A stretch of 64,000 bases of DNA from Hydrolagus affinis (lineage: Eukaryota), in the NCBI GenBank assembly GCA_012026655.1, contig JAAILG010000727.1, positions 1 through 64,000 on the forward strand, given 5' to 3'. Under the pieces are notes generated by a model. The model saw nothing but the letters and a program-made list of their open reading frames with translations. It searched no databases and was not told the origin of the DNA. Positions 52,081 through 64,000 of the stretch are shown piece after piece. Position numbers and translations under genes: made by a program. The stretch's first letter is position 1; every line of letters starts with the position of its first letter.

Positions 52081-53810
52081 ACCTGTCTGCACGCTCCAGG
52101 TTGGGTGAAAACTGAGGTTATGTAAATATTAAAGCAATTCTTAATTCATTAATTAGAAATTCTTAATTCCTAATTAATTAAGATAGATCTATGGTGCTAG
52201 TGCTGAACAGTTGTGGCTTTAATCACATCAAGATGTTCCCTCAAACTCCACCCCTCCCGAGAAATCCCCTTCACCAGAGCATCTTAAAACCAACCACGGC
52301 ACTCGGCACTGCAAAAAAGAACATTTCGGTGGGTTTTTAACAGTGACTATGGAAAAAGATGTTTCTAATTCTTAACCAGAACTCTCTTTCCGAATCCCAT
52401 CTTTTACCTGATGTGTTTGTTTCCACTAAGTTCAAAGAGAACATGCTTGCAGCAACAGCCTTTTGGAATGTCACTAATCCTTTGCTTTCCTTTGTATTGC
52501 TAAAATATTTGCATTACTTAAATACCACAGGTGTTAGGGTATGGCAACCCAGGTATTCCCACAGTAAACGCCTGTAAACACATTCCTGTGGCCTCAGGAA
52601 CTCAACTGTGCTTGCTATTGTGGGGTTCACAGGTGAAGTGGAAATTTGAGAATGGAAAGGTAACATCAATCTCTGCTTCTAATTCATTCTGGAAGGGTGC
52701 TCACTTCTCCCTGATCCTCTCAAACAACACAGGCCTAATATACGACAATTTCTCGCGGATTTCTTAAGAAGGATAAGAATAATCCATGCAATTGATATAG
52801 CGACTTTCTTAATGGGCAGACATTTCAAAGTGGGATATACTGTAAAGTGGAGTGACTGTATTTTTGTAGGTGCATGAAATAGCCAATTTGCACCCAGCAA
52901 TGTCCCACAGACAGTCATGGGGTGAATTCCAAATGCAGTTTCCTTCTGGCACTTCCGGGAGTGACCATTTCATTATACTGCATATGTGTAATGAAGGTTA
53001 GGTCAATTTGATAGAGGACAAATAGAATACTGAATATGATAATGGGATTACAGAGAAGTGCCAACCCTATAATTCTTCTCAGCCTAAAGAGCTAAAACAC
53101 TGGAATTTGCACATTTTAAATGATGTCGCTACACAATCCCATTATATAAGTACGCTTAACTCAGAAAGGTGCACACTCGACATAGTAGACATACATGGAA
53201 AGTCATGGCTTTTTTTCTTTCCACTCCTCTCCTAAGAGCAGTGTCTTGTGCTGAGTTACAGTTCTATGGGATCGAATCACCTGTATTTGTAGGAAATGAC
53301 AGGTACTTCCAACAAGTAGCCAATTTTTCAACTGTGGGCATCACTGCTGAGCTTGATCCTGTTCTCACTCAACATCATACATATTATCCAGTGGGTATCG
53401 CTGGTAGCAATTAGGAACAGGGATCCTTACTCACTCACCCCCATCCCTACCATTTCTTTGAGATTAGCTAAGTCAGCTCAGACCATGCGGTCTGCTTGGC
53501 TCAGTTTTATGCTGGCCATTGGCTTTGCCAACTGAGCTGTCGGGAGAGCTGGCTTGCACTCTCCTGAAGTTTATAAGTTTCCAGCACAATCAGAGCAAAA
53601 TGCATGTGGAATAAGATAGAAGAAAATGTTACAATTTGAGAATTGCAACTCTCTGCCACATGTTTATATGCTACCAGGACTCCTTTTGGAGGTCTGTGTT
53701 TGAAACATTTAATAGTGGTTTCATAACATTTGCAACAATGCAGTAAGATCATGGAGCCTGAACAAATTCATACTTGTTGCAGTACTTTAATACAGTAAGC
53801 ATTGAATTCT

Positions 53811-53909
53811 AGTTCGAACGAAGGGTCATGGACCCGAAACGTTGACTCACTTTCCTTTCTCCATAGATGCTGTCTGACCTGCTGAGTATTCCCAGTAATT
53901 TCTGTTTTA
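53811..53909 (+). mobile_element. Penelope-like element terminus with a minimal hammerhead-ribozyme fold (mutated core) and 7-bp TSD
   Basis: AGTT-CGAACGA-A-GGGTC-atg-GACCC-GAAAC-GTT-GACT. GAATTCT at 53804-53810 and 53910-53916. Confidence 0.75.
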
Positions 53910-54827
53910 GAATTCTTGTTCACTCAGAGATTATAGAAATCCACACTCATACAAACAATCCACTCACACGCAAGTGATCCACTCTCAGTTATTTCCACAC
54001 CAAATATAGCTGTGCAGTTACAAAGCATCAACTCTAGGTAAACACGTGTGTATTCTCATACTACAAGCTCTATCCATATCTGATGAATTCTCTCACCTGA
54101 CCGAAGCTGCAAGATAAACCAATTTACATTAAAAATTACTTTTGATATAGTGTAGTGGCTATTGCGTTTAACAATTAACTACAATCACGTTAGCAAATCA
54201 AGGCTTACAAGTTGCAACACACATTAAGTGGGTTATTTCTAAGCCTAGGGTATTCACTTAACATTGGCTGCTTACAGCAAGCACAACACAGTTGTCAGAA
54301 CTGGTTTTGAAGAGTGGTATTGTATCAATTAATTTGTAACAATGTGTGGCCAAGTCCTGCTATGGGACTGGTAAATGCTTCTTCCCACCATTTAGTTTCC
54401 CACTGTTTACACTCCATGGCTACAACCTATTCCTTTTCTCCACAGAAGAATTTAACACGACAATCACAAATTCCTAATCCAACATTGATCATTTAGGCCA
54501 GTCTTTTGTCACACAAAAGTTAGGTTACCTCCATTTCGAGCTTGTAGGATGAATGCTCCTGGAGGAAAGAATGATCAACTTGCAACAAAGCTATTCCTTT
54601 GCTGATCTGTTTTCTTCTCTGTGGATGCAAAGGGATTTCCTGAGTTCATTCCCCAGGCAAATCAAGATCATCGAACTTCTGAACCAGCATTAACTGCCTT
54701 TGTTTAAACTCTCAGCACATTAGAAAGTGTTTTCCTCAGGTTGAATTATTATCATAAAATGATTTGATAGTGAATGGGAGAAAATCATATTTACAATGTG
54801 TAAACTGATCAGAACTAAAAAGAAATC

Positions 54828-55180
54828 ATAATAATCCTTGTATCTGATCACATTGTTAACATGTCAAAGCACTTCACTAAATTTACTGTAAAATGGATTG
54901 ATTGGGTATTTGTAGGAAAACTCAGCAGCTAATTTGGGCTCAGCCATGTCCCACAAACAGCCATCAAGTGAATGACCAATTTTATCCAAGGGTTAACTAC
55001 CTTTACCTGAACGGGTAGACATTGCAATCTTGGTGTTCAACATCTTATCCAAATTAGAGCACCTCAGATAATGCAGTGCTTCCTCAGCAATGCACATGAG
55101 CATCAGCCAAGACTCAAAACCAGACAAGGAGCTTGAAACCACAACCTTCTGACTCAAGAGATATGAGTGCTAAAAACTGA
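54828..55180 (-). mobile_element. Family B Deu-SINE
   Basis: aacatcttatcc...gcacctcag...gcagtgcttcctcag...cttgaaaccacaaccttctgactca on the reverse strand. Confidence 0.7.
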
Positions 55181-58011
55181 CTGTTGAGTAGATGTGAGTA
55201 TACAAAAAAGACATTCCATGAGTGGTTGACTGTTCCCAGTTGTACAGCATTATTAGATGTTCTATTGTACAATTTCCCAACTCAGTATAATGCCTTAGAA
55301 TGCTCTGGACCAGACGATAATGTCCCCAGCAGTGAGGAAAACCTCAAACTATGAATAAGTATTCTAACAGGCTGCAGCTGAAATTGCAAGGCACGTTGCA
55401 GACATCAGCAGAGTTAGTGGGCTAACATGGTAGTGCCTGGCGTCTGAGACTTGCATTGGTAAAGGCCATCATTAACAGCAAACAGTGACGAAACTGTGAG
55501 TAAATATTGTGTCATGTCGTAATTCATTACTGGTTAACCCAGATTAGATCACAGATTCTTCAGGGATTCTCACAATGTCTCAGCCACACAAGCAATCCCA
55601 TTTAACAGCCATCTGTAACCTGCCTCCATATCCTGCACCAGACCAAGAAACACAGCAGCCTGCTTTTAAAGCTCATTTATTTATCGAACAACTATAGCTC
55701 CAAGTTATCTGCTTATTGTGCCAATCATGCCCTCTCCAGCAGTGAAATTCACAGTAAAAGCTGTTTCAGAGGTTTATCAGTAGCCGGCAGAGTAAAGTTA
55801 ATGGCAATGGGCATGTCTTGCTAGGTAATAATTGAAAGTGGAAGAATGCAAATGAGGCACAATCTGTCGCACACAATGGCTGAGGATCCAGATTTGCATC
55901 GAATCCCACAATACTCTCTCACAGATGTAAGAGGGCAGCCGACACACACAGTGCTGTTTCCAGAACACAAACCACATGCTTGCTCATCTAACTTGTATTT
56001 ATTAGGCTGCACAGCCCTCCCCCACCGTCTGTCTCCCTGTAACCTTGATCTAATAATTATTCTCAACCCAGTTCACACTGGAGTACTAACTGCTGCATGA
56101 CATGAGATTTGAGTCCTCGTGCTTTCCCCCCCACTCTCTGAGCGATGTGTTGCGGCAATAGCTGTCAAATAGGAAACAGCACACGACTTGATGGGACTGC
56201 TTGCTTCATGCAGCTTTTCTTAAGGACACATTAAAGTGATCCGTTGGGGTCACGGAAGGTTTTCAGGCAAGAATGAAGGTAGAGATCAAAGGGAGCAGTT
56301 CACACTTCCCCTAAACACTGAATTCAGGAACCTGTTAATCCCTGCTCTCCATTTCAATCCACCCTTGATATTTGTAATCAAGAGTGCATTAAACACAGCC
56401 TTTGGTTGAATTATTAAAACCCTTGCTTGTGTTCAGGTATTGATAAGACTATCAGTGCAGCTTCATCTAATCGGCCTCTTTCTAAATAATGTCACGACCA
56501 GGTGGGAACCACATCTGGATATCAGTTGACTTCACTTTCTGCCTTCACTTTACAGTATATTCTGTGAAGTGCTTTGAGACATCAAATGCAAGGATTATTA
56601 TTATACCTTTGTGATGTGAAACGAATGTGCATTTGGGAACGAGATGGAACCAGGGGCAGAATCAGTCTTCTGGGAAGAGAGGGGGACACCAAATGATTAA
56701 TTCATATGAATATTAGTGGTTTGAAACTGAAATTAGATGCCCAAATAAGTTTTAAAACCGAGAACAGCCAGGGGTATGGCTGTACAGTTACAGGGACTCG
56801 TGGTCACAAAGGAGGGTGTAATGGAGGAGATACAGCTTGATTGGAGGATTTGGTCTATGACTTGAGGCTAAATCAAACAGCCGCTTCTCAATTGTAGCCC
56901 ACTGCCATCCTACCATTCATTGTTGGTCAACATCAGCACCACTGTAGAACAATGTTGGTTGAGAAGGAAGGCAGTCAGATTTTCCATTTGTGGAACATAT
57001 TCCACTTGTGGAAAATATAACTGACTAACATGTCAGGGAAAAGAAATGTAATGGTCAGAAGCAACGCAGGTTGCCCCAAAACACATTAAGCATTTGTTTG
57101 TTGCCACTCAAGCTTCCTGTAAATTGCTGGCATTTTGAAGAGGCATTTGGTCTATTGTCTTTACGCATTTACCATCTCCCCACTCTGAACAATGAACATT
57201 GTGACTCATCTATAATTGACTTGTTTAAGATGCAACCTAACAGATAACTCTGGCCAATTCAGTCACAAACTTATCACTAATAGTGTAACTTCAGTCAATG
57301 CTTCAGAAAACTCGCTGATATGATTAGTCAATTTTTTTTAGTGGTATTGATGCCTTAGTGAACTTTCAACTGGAGACCTACATATCAATGGTCTAATATT
57401 TCATGGATTTGTTACACTTCACATGCACACCTGATGTTGGAACATTTTACAATTGGGCAACATCTCAATACGGGCCAATTCATTTATTGCTGACTCAAAC
57501 ACCTTCACTTAAGGTTGAAAGAGGGCGCACATTTTTACAGCAACCAAATCACTCAAAACATCTCAAAGCGTTTCACAGATTATGATTGATAAATGTAGCA
57601 AACTGTATTGTGGCTACTACTTAAATCAGGAAGGTCCCCAAAACAGCCAAGCAGTGAACACCCAATGGATCTGCTGGCCATGTTTTACTTGAAGCTACAC
57701 AATATCCAACAAATGATCGGAAGGTTAAGACTCTGGTGTTTGTAGGAATGAATGTAAGAACTGAGTACTGACAAAAACCAATAACTGCATGTTTCTCCAA
57801 CACAAGAGGTCACTAATTATTCATGAAATATAATGGTGCTAGCGAAATCTAATGGCCAGAATTGGAATATTTCAGCATTTGGATGGGAAATTTAGTTCAT
57901 CGCTTAAATAGCTCTCAAATTCTTTATGTGTGAGGTTGTGGAATGACATTGATGAGGCTGAGTGTGTCACGTTTACAAGAAACTTTGCAATAGTCTTCTG
58001 GACTTAAAGTA

Positions 58012-58211
58012 CAGTAAAAGCTTGTTTATGTGTGACCCGATCAACCGTATCTTCTGTGTAACCGGCACCTCGAAAAAAAGGTCCACATTTGATTAACCGG
58101 AATTTATCCGGAAAAATGCATTTTTTTTATTTTTAATTTTTTGGTGTATTTTTGGTCGAATATCCAGCATTGGCCAGGTCCCGAGGGTGCCGGATAAACG
58201 GGCTTTTACTG
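58012..58211. mobile_element. Second pogo/Tigger-like MITE copy, inverted relative to 23888-24095
   Basis: TA-CAGTAAAAGCTTGTTTAT...GGATAAACGGGCTTTTACTG-TA. Internal ttggccaggtcccga is shared. Confidence 0.9.
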
Positions 58212-59552
58212 TATATATTTTAAATTCTTCTTTTTTTAGTCAACTGTACGTCGTGTAAGAGGGTTATACAGGCTGCCAAAGTTACTGATTGTTCAAATGG
58301 AAGGTGACCTTGGAGCTCTCTTACTTATTTTGCATTTCACTGGAAAATGTGTGGACACCAAAACATCCCTGCTGGTTAAGAGCAGATTTGATACACTCAC
58401 TGCAGCCTACAGTATACTGTACTTAATAGGGAACTTGATGTCAGTGCAAGTAAAATCTGGACTGGTCCCCATATTGAGAATGCCTCCTAAATCTTGCCTC
58501 TAAACAAGTCTGCATTCAAACTGGGATTCGAAAAATCGTTTGGAAAATTTGGGCCTATTTGAAAGTTCCGTAAATATAGGCAGCAGCTGGACTGTCGTGT
58601 CAAATTCCCCCCTACTCCTCCCCCTCCAATTGGTTTGCTCTTATCCACAGATTCAGCTACTTCCATAAAGCAGGAGACACTCAATACTAATGTTAAGCCC
58701 CTATTAAGGGTCAGATGCTTTCTGACCCAGAGGAGCTCACAGCCTTTCACACGGGGCTTGGTGTACTCTTTGCAAGTCAGTAATATACCGCAATAATCCT
58801 TGTTTTTCATATAGTGCCTTTAAGCCAAATGTCTCAAAGTGCTTCACAGACAATTACTGAAAAATGTAGTGACTGTGTATTTGCAAGCAAATTTGTAGTT
58901 TCTCTTCAGGCCCAAGTCTGGATTTCTTTTCATGCTGTGTTGCCTAGTGTACAGAAAACACACTGGAGATACCAGCCAAGGCAATTAAATAAAGAGGCTG
59001 TGGTATACACCACAGCATTAGAGAAGAAGCCTGATCAAAATCACATGTGCGAAACAAAATATTTTCCCATTTTGCTTACGACTTAAAGTGGGTCTACGGT
59101 TCATTAAAGGCATCTTATAAATTGTATTTACCCCGTGTGATTAATTAACTGTTGGTTAAGTGAACGAGCCACTGAATTGCACGTACAATGCGATTCATTT
59201 TCTATTTGTGCCATTTGTGCTCTTGGGAGCATCCCATTCTTCTCTTCATTTTCATTCACTTCTGTGTATTCCATTCACCTTCCTTTTCTCCCCCCGCCAC
59301 CCCAACACCACTGCCAGTCTATCCCTGATGTACTGTCTTTAACCAGTAAACATTGCTTGCAGGCTCCATCAAACCCACCAATCAGTTCCTTCTGCTGACA
59401 AACGTCGGTCTGCTCACCACATGATACAAATGAAGAAATAATGACTTGGGCTTAGCTCAGCAGGGATGGCGCGAATTACTGTACAACTCGGAAGTGGCTG
59501 CACTGAGACAGCAAAATTGGAGGACCCTGGTTCAGGATTGCTAAGATCAATT

Positions 59553-59916
59553 TAATAATCTTTGCATTCGATATAGCACATGATCACGACTTTGAGACGT
59601 TTCACAGCACTTCACAGAATATACGGTGAAGAGAATTAATTGTATATTAGTAGGCAAAATGTGGCAACTAATTACATACAGCAGTATCGCACAAACAGTC
59701 ATGGATTGAGAAACCCAATTTTTTAAAAATGGATTATTACTCCTGGAAAATTGATCCGCTAATCGACTAACAACTGGGTTCCTACATACTGCTAGATAAA
59801 CAGAGGAGTATGGAGTAAGAAAACTGCCCAATGTTTCGCCCTGTCCCAGAATCGAACTCAGGTCCTCTCGATTTTGAGGTGAGTTTCTAACCACTAAGCT
59901 ACATACAGTACTCCAC
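59553..59916 (-). mobile_element. Full-length family A SINE (long subfamily)
   Basis: tRNA head (B-box gttcgattc), extra central block ctagcagtatgtaggaacccagttgttagtc, and L2-type tail. Confidence 0.9.
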
Positions 59917-60049
59917 ACATTTCAGTACAGTTAATAACAGCAAAGGTGGTCAAAGCCAAGATACTACTCATTTTACAAACAACAGCCCCATGCCTTCCAT
60001 ACAGCAGATGAAGAAAGGTGGCAAACCAACATCACAATAAGATTAAAGG

Positions 60050-60170
60050 CGGGAAGAAAGATGGGTACTTTTTCTCTCAGAGCTGCAAACGTGTGAAATA
60101 GATTTGCAGCAAAAGCAGTTAATGTGCTGATGAATAAGACAGGATTGAAAGTTAAAAGGATGTGGATTGG
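60050..60170 (+). mobile_element. Degenerate CR1 ORF2 C-terminal fragment
   Basis: ttttctctcagagctgcaaacgtgtgaaatagatttg resembles the FFSQRVVNxWNxL-coding segment. Confidence 0.45.
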
Positions 60171-61069
60171 CACAGACCATCTTGCTGCAAGCAACTGACT
60201 GATTCCCGTCCTCCTTGCCTCACGTGGAAGTTACTTGTGGAATGCAGCTGTTCTGAGCTAAGATGTGTAGGTTAGGAGACCGGACTGATATGCTAGAGTT
60301 TTGATTAATTACTTTGGTGGGTTGAAGCAACCTCACACAACTTTATCTTCCTGGAGGCTTTATCTGTGGCTAGTCAACTCCCCCGCGGTAGACCATCGGG
60401 TTAGTTTGGAGCCCATCACAGACCAAATTGTGTATGGTTTGTATGTGCGGAATATGTTTGCTTGACTGAGAAAATATGGTGTTTCCCTATTCCATGGTTT
60501 AGGACCTTTCCCTACTCTGTTCACTTTCTGTGGGAATCCCAGCACATTCTGGAACGGTGCTCAAAAGACTGCAAAGCTGATCTCCCGCGACGAGCTTTCA
60601 TCTTGTGACAAGCTTCCTTTAAAACGATTGCATTCAATTGCTCTGTGGCTCACGATTATAATTCTCAAAGCAGCTTTAATGCCTATTCATTCGATTCGCC
60701 TCCTTCCAAATATTTAGCTTGAACGTATTTTATTATTATCCTTTGAAAAGGAAGAGTTTTTTTTAAAAAACACTTTTTGGTGAAAGATTTATCTACAGCT
60801 GCACCACGATGTGCTTTGAATCATGCAGCTGCCCATTATCTACAACAATTTGAATGACTGGAATGTCATTTATATAACAGTCTACCTTATTGCTGACTGC
60901 CAAAAGTAGTGTGCCATTGTAAATAATATATCTATTAGAAAAGAGATGTTTCAAAAGCAAAGAGAATAATTTCTCTCCCTCCCACTCCCAGCTGCCTGTT
61001 TGTTGCCGACTTTCAGTAGCATGTACTCTTTGTTGTGCCTGGAACGGAGTATCTTTAAACATTTAAGGT

Positions 61070-61350
61070 TTAATCCCAGGTTTCATCCAGCATTGGCTAA
61101 GAAACCAATCTCAGCTACGGCTGTCCTATAATTAGCCATGGGTTATGGGAGGGAAGAGATCAGCCAGGGGTCTTGCTCCTAATTTCTATCCAGTTACTCT
61201 GCTCCGCTGGAAGATATGTGAGGACGTCGGATGAGAATGGGAGCTCTTACATATGAGAACAAGCACATTATCAGGTAGTTATGGGCACCCAAAGTCTAAC
61301 ACAAGATGTAAGGGCCTAAATGCTGTCAGGAGAAAAAGGGGCAAAACTGG
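61070..61350 (+). mobile_element. Family C SINE
   Basis: atcagccaggggtcttgctcctaat...tatccag...gctggaag...ggacgtcggatgagaa. Confidence 0.65.
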
Positions 61351-62255
61351 GGCAGAAAACTCGAAGATCACAATCACAGTGACATACTGTATGTCAGCAA
61401 AAAAAAAGCAGAGATTCTAATTGAGTAAACGGAAAGATTCTTCCACAAAACAGTCAATATGGGAGGACAAAGTTGACAAGAGAGCGAATGCGATAGCCAA
61501 AGAGTTTCTGATCCGGCAGCACCAGCACAATGCTTGCAAGTCAGCAGCCTTGGACACCTTCAACAGCCGCAAAACTTTATGATATAGTCCAAACCTAGAG
61601 AAAATGGCTTTGTTTTGGGTTACTCTCTCCCCACAGACCCACCCCTCACCCAAACCACCTACCAACTTGTACATTGCCGAGATTTCATTACAAAACCTGC
61701 CAGCACCCTGGAGTGAAAATAGATTAGATATATTAGATGCATTTTAATGACACCATTTTTCATACTATCTGCTGACACTTGTGAAGATTAGAGTTTAGAG
61801 TTACAGTGACTTCACTCTCTTTCCACACACAGCCTCACTCTCTTCCACCCCAGCCCCCACCACCACTGCCATGAAGCTTTTCCTCCTTGAACACAGCAGA
61901 CTGGAAAGATCATGTTACTGGGCTGTCAAAGTACCTTCTATAGTAAACTGCTACTGTTCTGAAGAGTGGTCATTGGCCTGTAATTTCCAGCAGACAGGAT
62001 CATGGATATCCACTGCTCTTTTCTCATATTTCTCTGCATCACTCAACCAACAAATCTGAGCTTCTTTTCCAAGCTACTGTGTGTTCATACCCGCTCAATT
62101 CCATGCAATCAAAAACAGCCAAATCAGATCATTCCTATAGGCAATGTTGACAATTACTGACCGCCACTTCAGAATAGAAGTAGGGACACAAAAATAAAAA
62201 CCACATAGCTCCCCTGGGATAGTTCAAACAGAGAGGAGAGGACTATGTGAATAAA

Positions 62256-62610
62256 AAATAATAATAATCCTTGCATTTGATACGGCGATGTATCATGTCG
62301 TTGAGACGCCTCAACGGGCTTTACAGAATATACTATAAAGTGAATTGACTGTATATTTTGTGGGCAAAAAGGCGGCAGCCAATTGCACACAGCAGTGTCC
62401 CACAAACAGTTGTGTAGATTGAGTGACCAATTTTTTTGGGGGAAGGAATATTTTCCAAAGAAAGCGATTTGCCAATTGACTAACAACTGGGTTCCAACTT
62501 ATTGCTAGGTAATAGAGGAGTGAGGAGTAAAGAAACCTGGCCATGGTTTTGCTCTGCAGACGAATTGAACCTGGATCTTCTTGCTTAGGAGGCAATTGCA
62601 CTAAACACTA
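62256..62610 (-). mobile_element. Near full-length family A SINE (long subfamily)
   Basis: Homologous along its length to 59553-59916. Confidence 0.9.
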
Positions 62611-62639
62611 CTCTAGGGTAATCCAACAACTGCATGGAT

Positions 62640-62870
62640 TCATACAGAGCGGTATAGAACAAGACGGTCCTAGGTTTGAACCCCGGTCTCCACAGTATGT
62701 TCAACTTAGGAGGGCAGCGTTTGGATACTGCACCTATCCTTAGTGATCCTGGACTGCCGGAAACAAAATCACTCAAAAAACTCACTCCTGATTGAGATTC
62801 TATGAGTAGAGGGGGTCAGGCTCGTCCATCATATAACCTGCCAAAACTAACCAGCGACACAACCCCTCTG
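62640..62870 (+). mobile_element. Degenerate family C SINE, head-to-head with the preceding SINE
   Basis: ggtcctaggtttgaaccccggtct B-box region, actcctgat and caggctcg blocks. Confidence 0.45.
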
Positions 62871-63419
62871 ACACCACCCCTCCGACATTTGCTGTCTTGG
62901 CTCACACTTGTATAACAGAATGTTGTACAACAGATTGTAAAACGTGGGTGGAATATTGGGAAGCGAACATAGTTTATGGAACTGCAGCACAGATCAGGGA
63001 TTTTGGGGAAACGGGAGAAGATAAACTAATATTTCCCCCCTTCCCTAGCCCCCTTAACAAAATCAGCAATTATTTCTGCCAGTTGGATGAGCAAACAAAC
63101 TGGCTGATGGTAGATGGCTGAGAGCAGGATGTGCTTCAAATCAGGGGTGACTCACTGTCTAATATTCCCTCTATTTCTGTGGCAAAGGTCTTCGCCTCTG
63201 CTCACAGACAGCGTCGACAGCACTGCCAAGCCAAGAAACTGACTGTGTGCATTAAAATAGAAGATCCAGACATGCATCTGACCACACAAGGTCACAGCGT
63301 GCTGGGGCACCTCCGTATCAACAGGGAGAAGGGCACCTTATATTCCAAAACAAGAGAAAATAAAGATGCAATATTCATTCATTCATCTTACCCAAACGGA
63401 TTGGGACTATCCAACACCA

Positions 63420-63552
63420 GACACTTTCGCCCACAAATATACACATTAATTCACTTTACCGTATATTCTTTGAAGCGCTTTGAGATGTCTAGAAGAAGTG
63501 AAAAGCTCTATATTAAATGCAAGGATTAATAAATTGATTTTATTATTATTTC
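63420..63552 (+). mobile_element. Family A SINE 3' fragment
   Basis: tttcgcccacaaatatac...gagatgtctagaagaagtgaaaagc...gcaaggatta. Confidence 0.85.
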
Positions 63553-63859
63553 TGCTACTGTCCAGCATTCCAGCTGAATCACATTTCCAGAATCAGTGAT
63601 TGGTAAATCCTTGTCTGTTACATGTAGTTAGTGGATATTGTGTTATTGGAAGATGTGTATCAATTATTGTGGAGTATAAGTGGTTAAGTCTATTGTTTGT
63701 CATTGTTGGGAGATTTTTCAGGGAAGCAGAGTTCCTGGAACTGTCTAATATAAAAATATAATGATCACTGGGGAGCAGTTTACACTGTAGCAGACACTGC
63801 ATGTTCATACCATAGTGTAACGTTTCCTAAAGAAGTGTTTTATTTGATTTGGACTGTTA

Positions 63860-64000
63860 CAATTGGCCTTAGCCTCTCTCCCCACCCCCTACCACACCAT
63901 ACAGCCTAATCACAAGTCAGTGTAAACCCACTCCTGATCGCTATACAGTGAGCCTTGATGTGAGAAGTGCAGATTTGGGATGAGAACAAGAGCGAGCTTG
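63860..64000 (+). mobile_element. Partial family C SINE at the window edge
   Basis: acaattggccttagc...actcctgatcgctatacagtga...gatgagaacaag. Confidence 0.55.

Noticed and set aside
52136-52182. TAAT-rich short tandem duplication as a homeodomain site array
   Set aside because: Adequately explained by local slippage of an AT-rich unit of about 22 bp.
60128-60160. CTGATGA...GAAA as an intact hammerhead
   Set aside because: No stem II pairing, and it lies within a CR1 remnant.
1-64000. The many 60-157 aa ORFs of the six-frame track as genes
   Set aside because: Lengths are those expected by chance. Many start at non-ATG codons or overlap repeats and low-complexity DNA. I recognised no domains except L2 remnants.

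Overview
Eukaryotic, mostly non-coding vertebrate DNA. I saw no long ORFs, rRNA, true tRNA, CRISPR array or CpG island, and nearly all of the ORF track is noise. The repeat content points, by inference, to a cartilaginous fish, probably a chimaera/elephant-shark-type genome. It includes a young tRNA-headed SINE with an L2-type tail, Deu-domain SINEs, an AmnSINE2-like SINE, L2 and CR1 3' ends, a Penelope-type terminus, and pogo-like and hAT DNA elements. The best coding signal is a minus-strand spliced gene at the left edge. Two phase-compatible exons (4862-4937 and 353-415) read LFPWLVRDEFFQMLVETLRSFKNHP-EEKVIVKAVLQYYSSDIKWKQ, with a candidate upstream exon near 20.0-20.3 kb. The peptide weakly resembles the N-terminal helices of cysteine dioxygenase, but I cannot identify the gene. 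Other highlights: a TSD-flanked 99-bp insertion with minimal hammerhead-ribozyme architecture and a mutated core; an old four-copy repeat family I do not recognise; loop variants of the shared L2/SINE 3' hairpin; several nested insertions with TSDs; and enhancer-like motif clusters. Repeat family names are from memory of consensus sequences, and the boundaries of old repeats are approximate.
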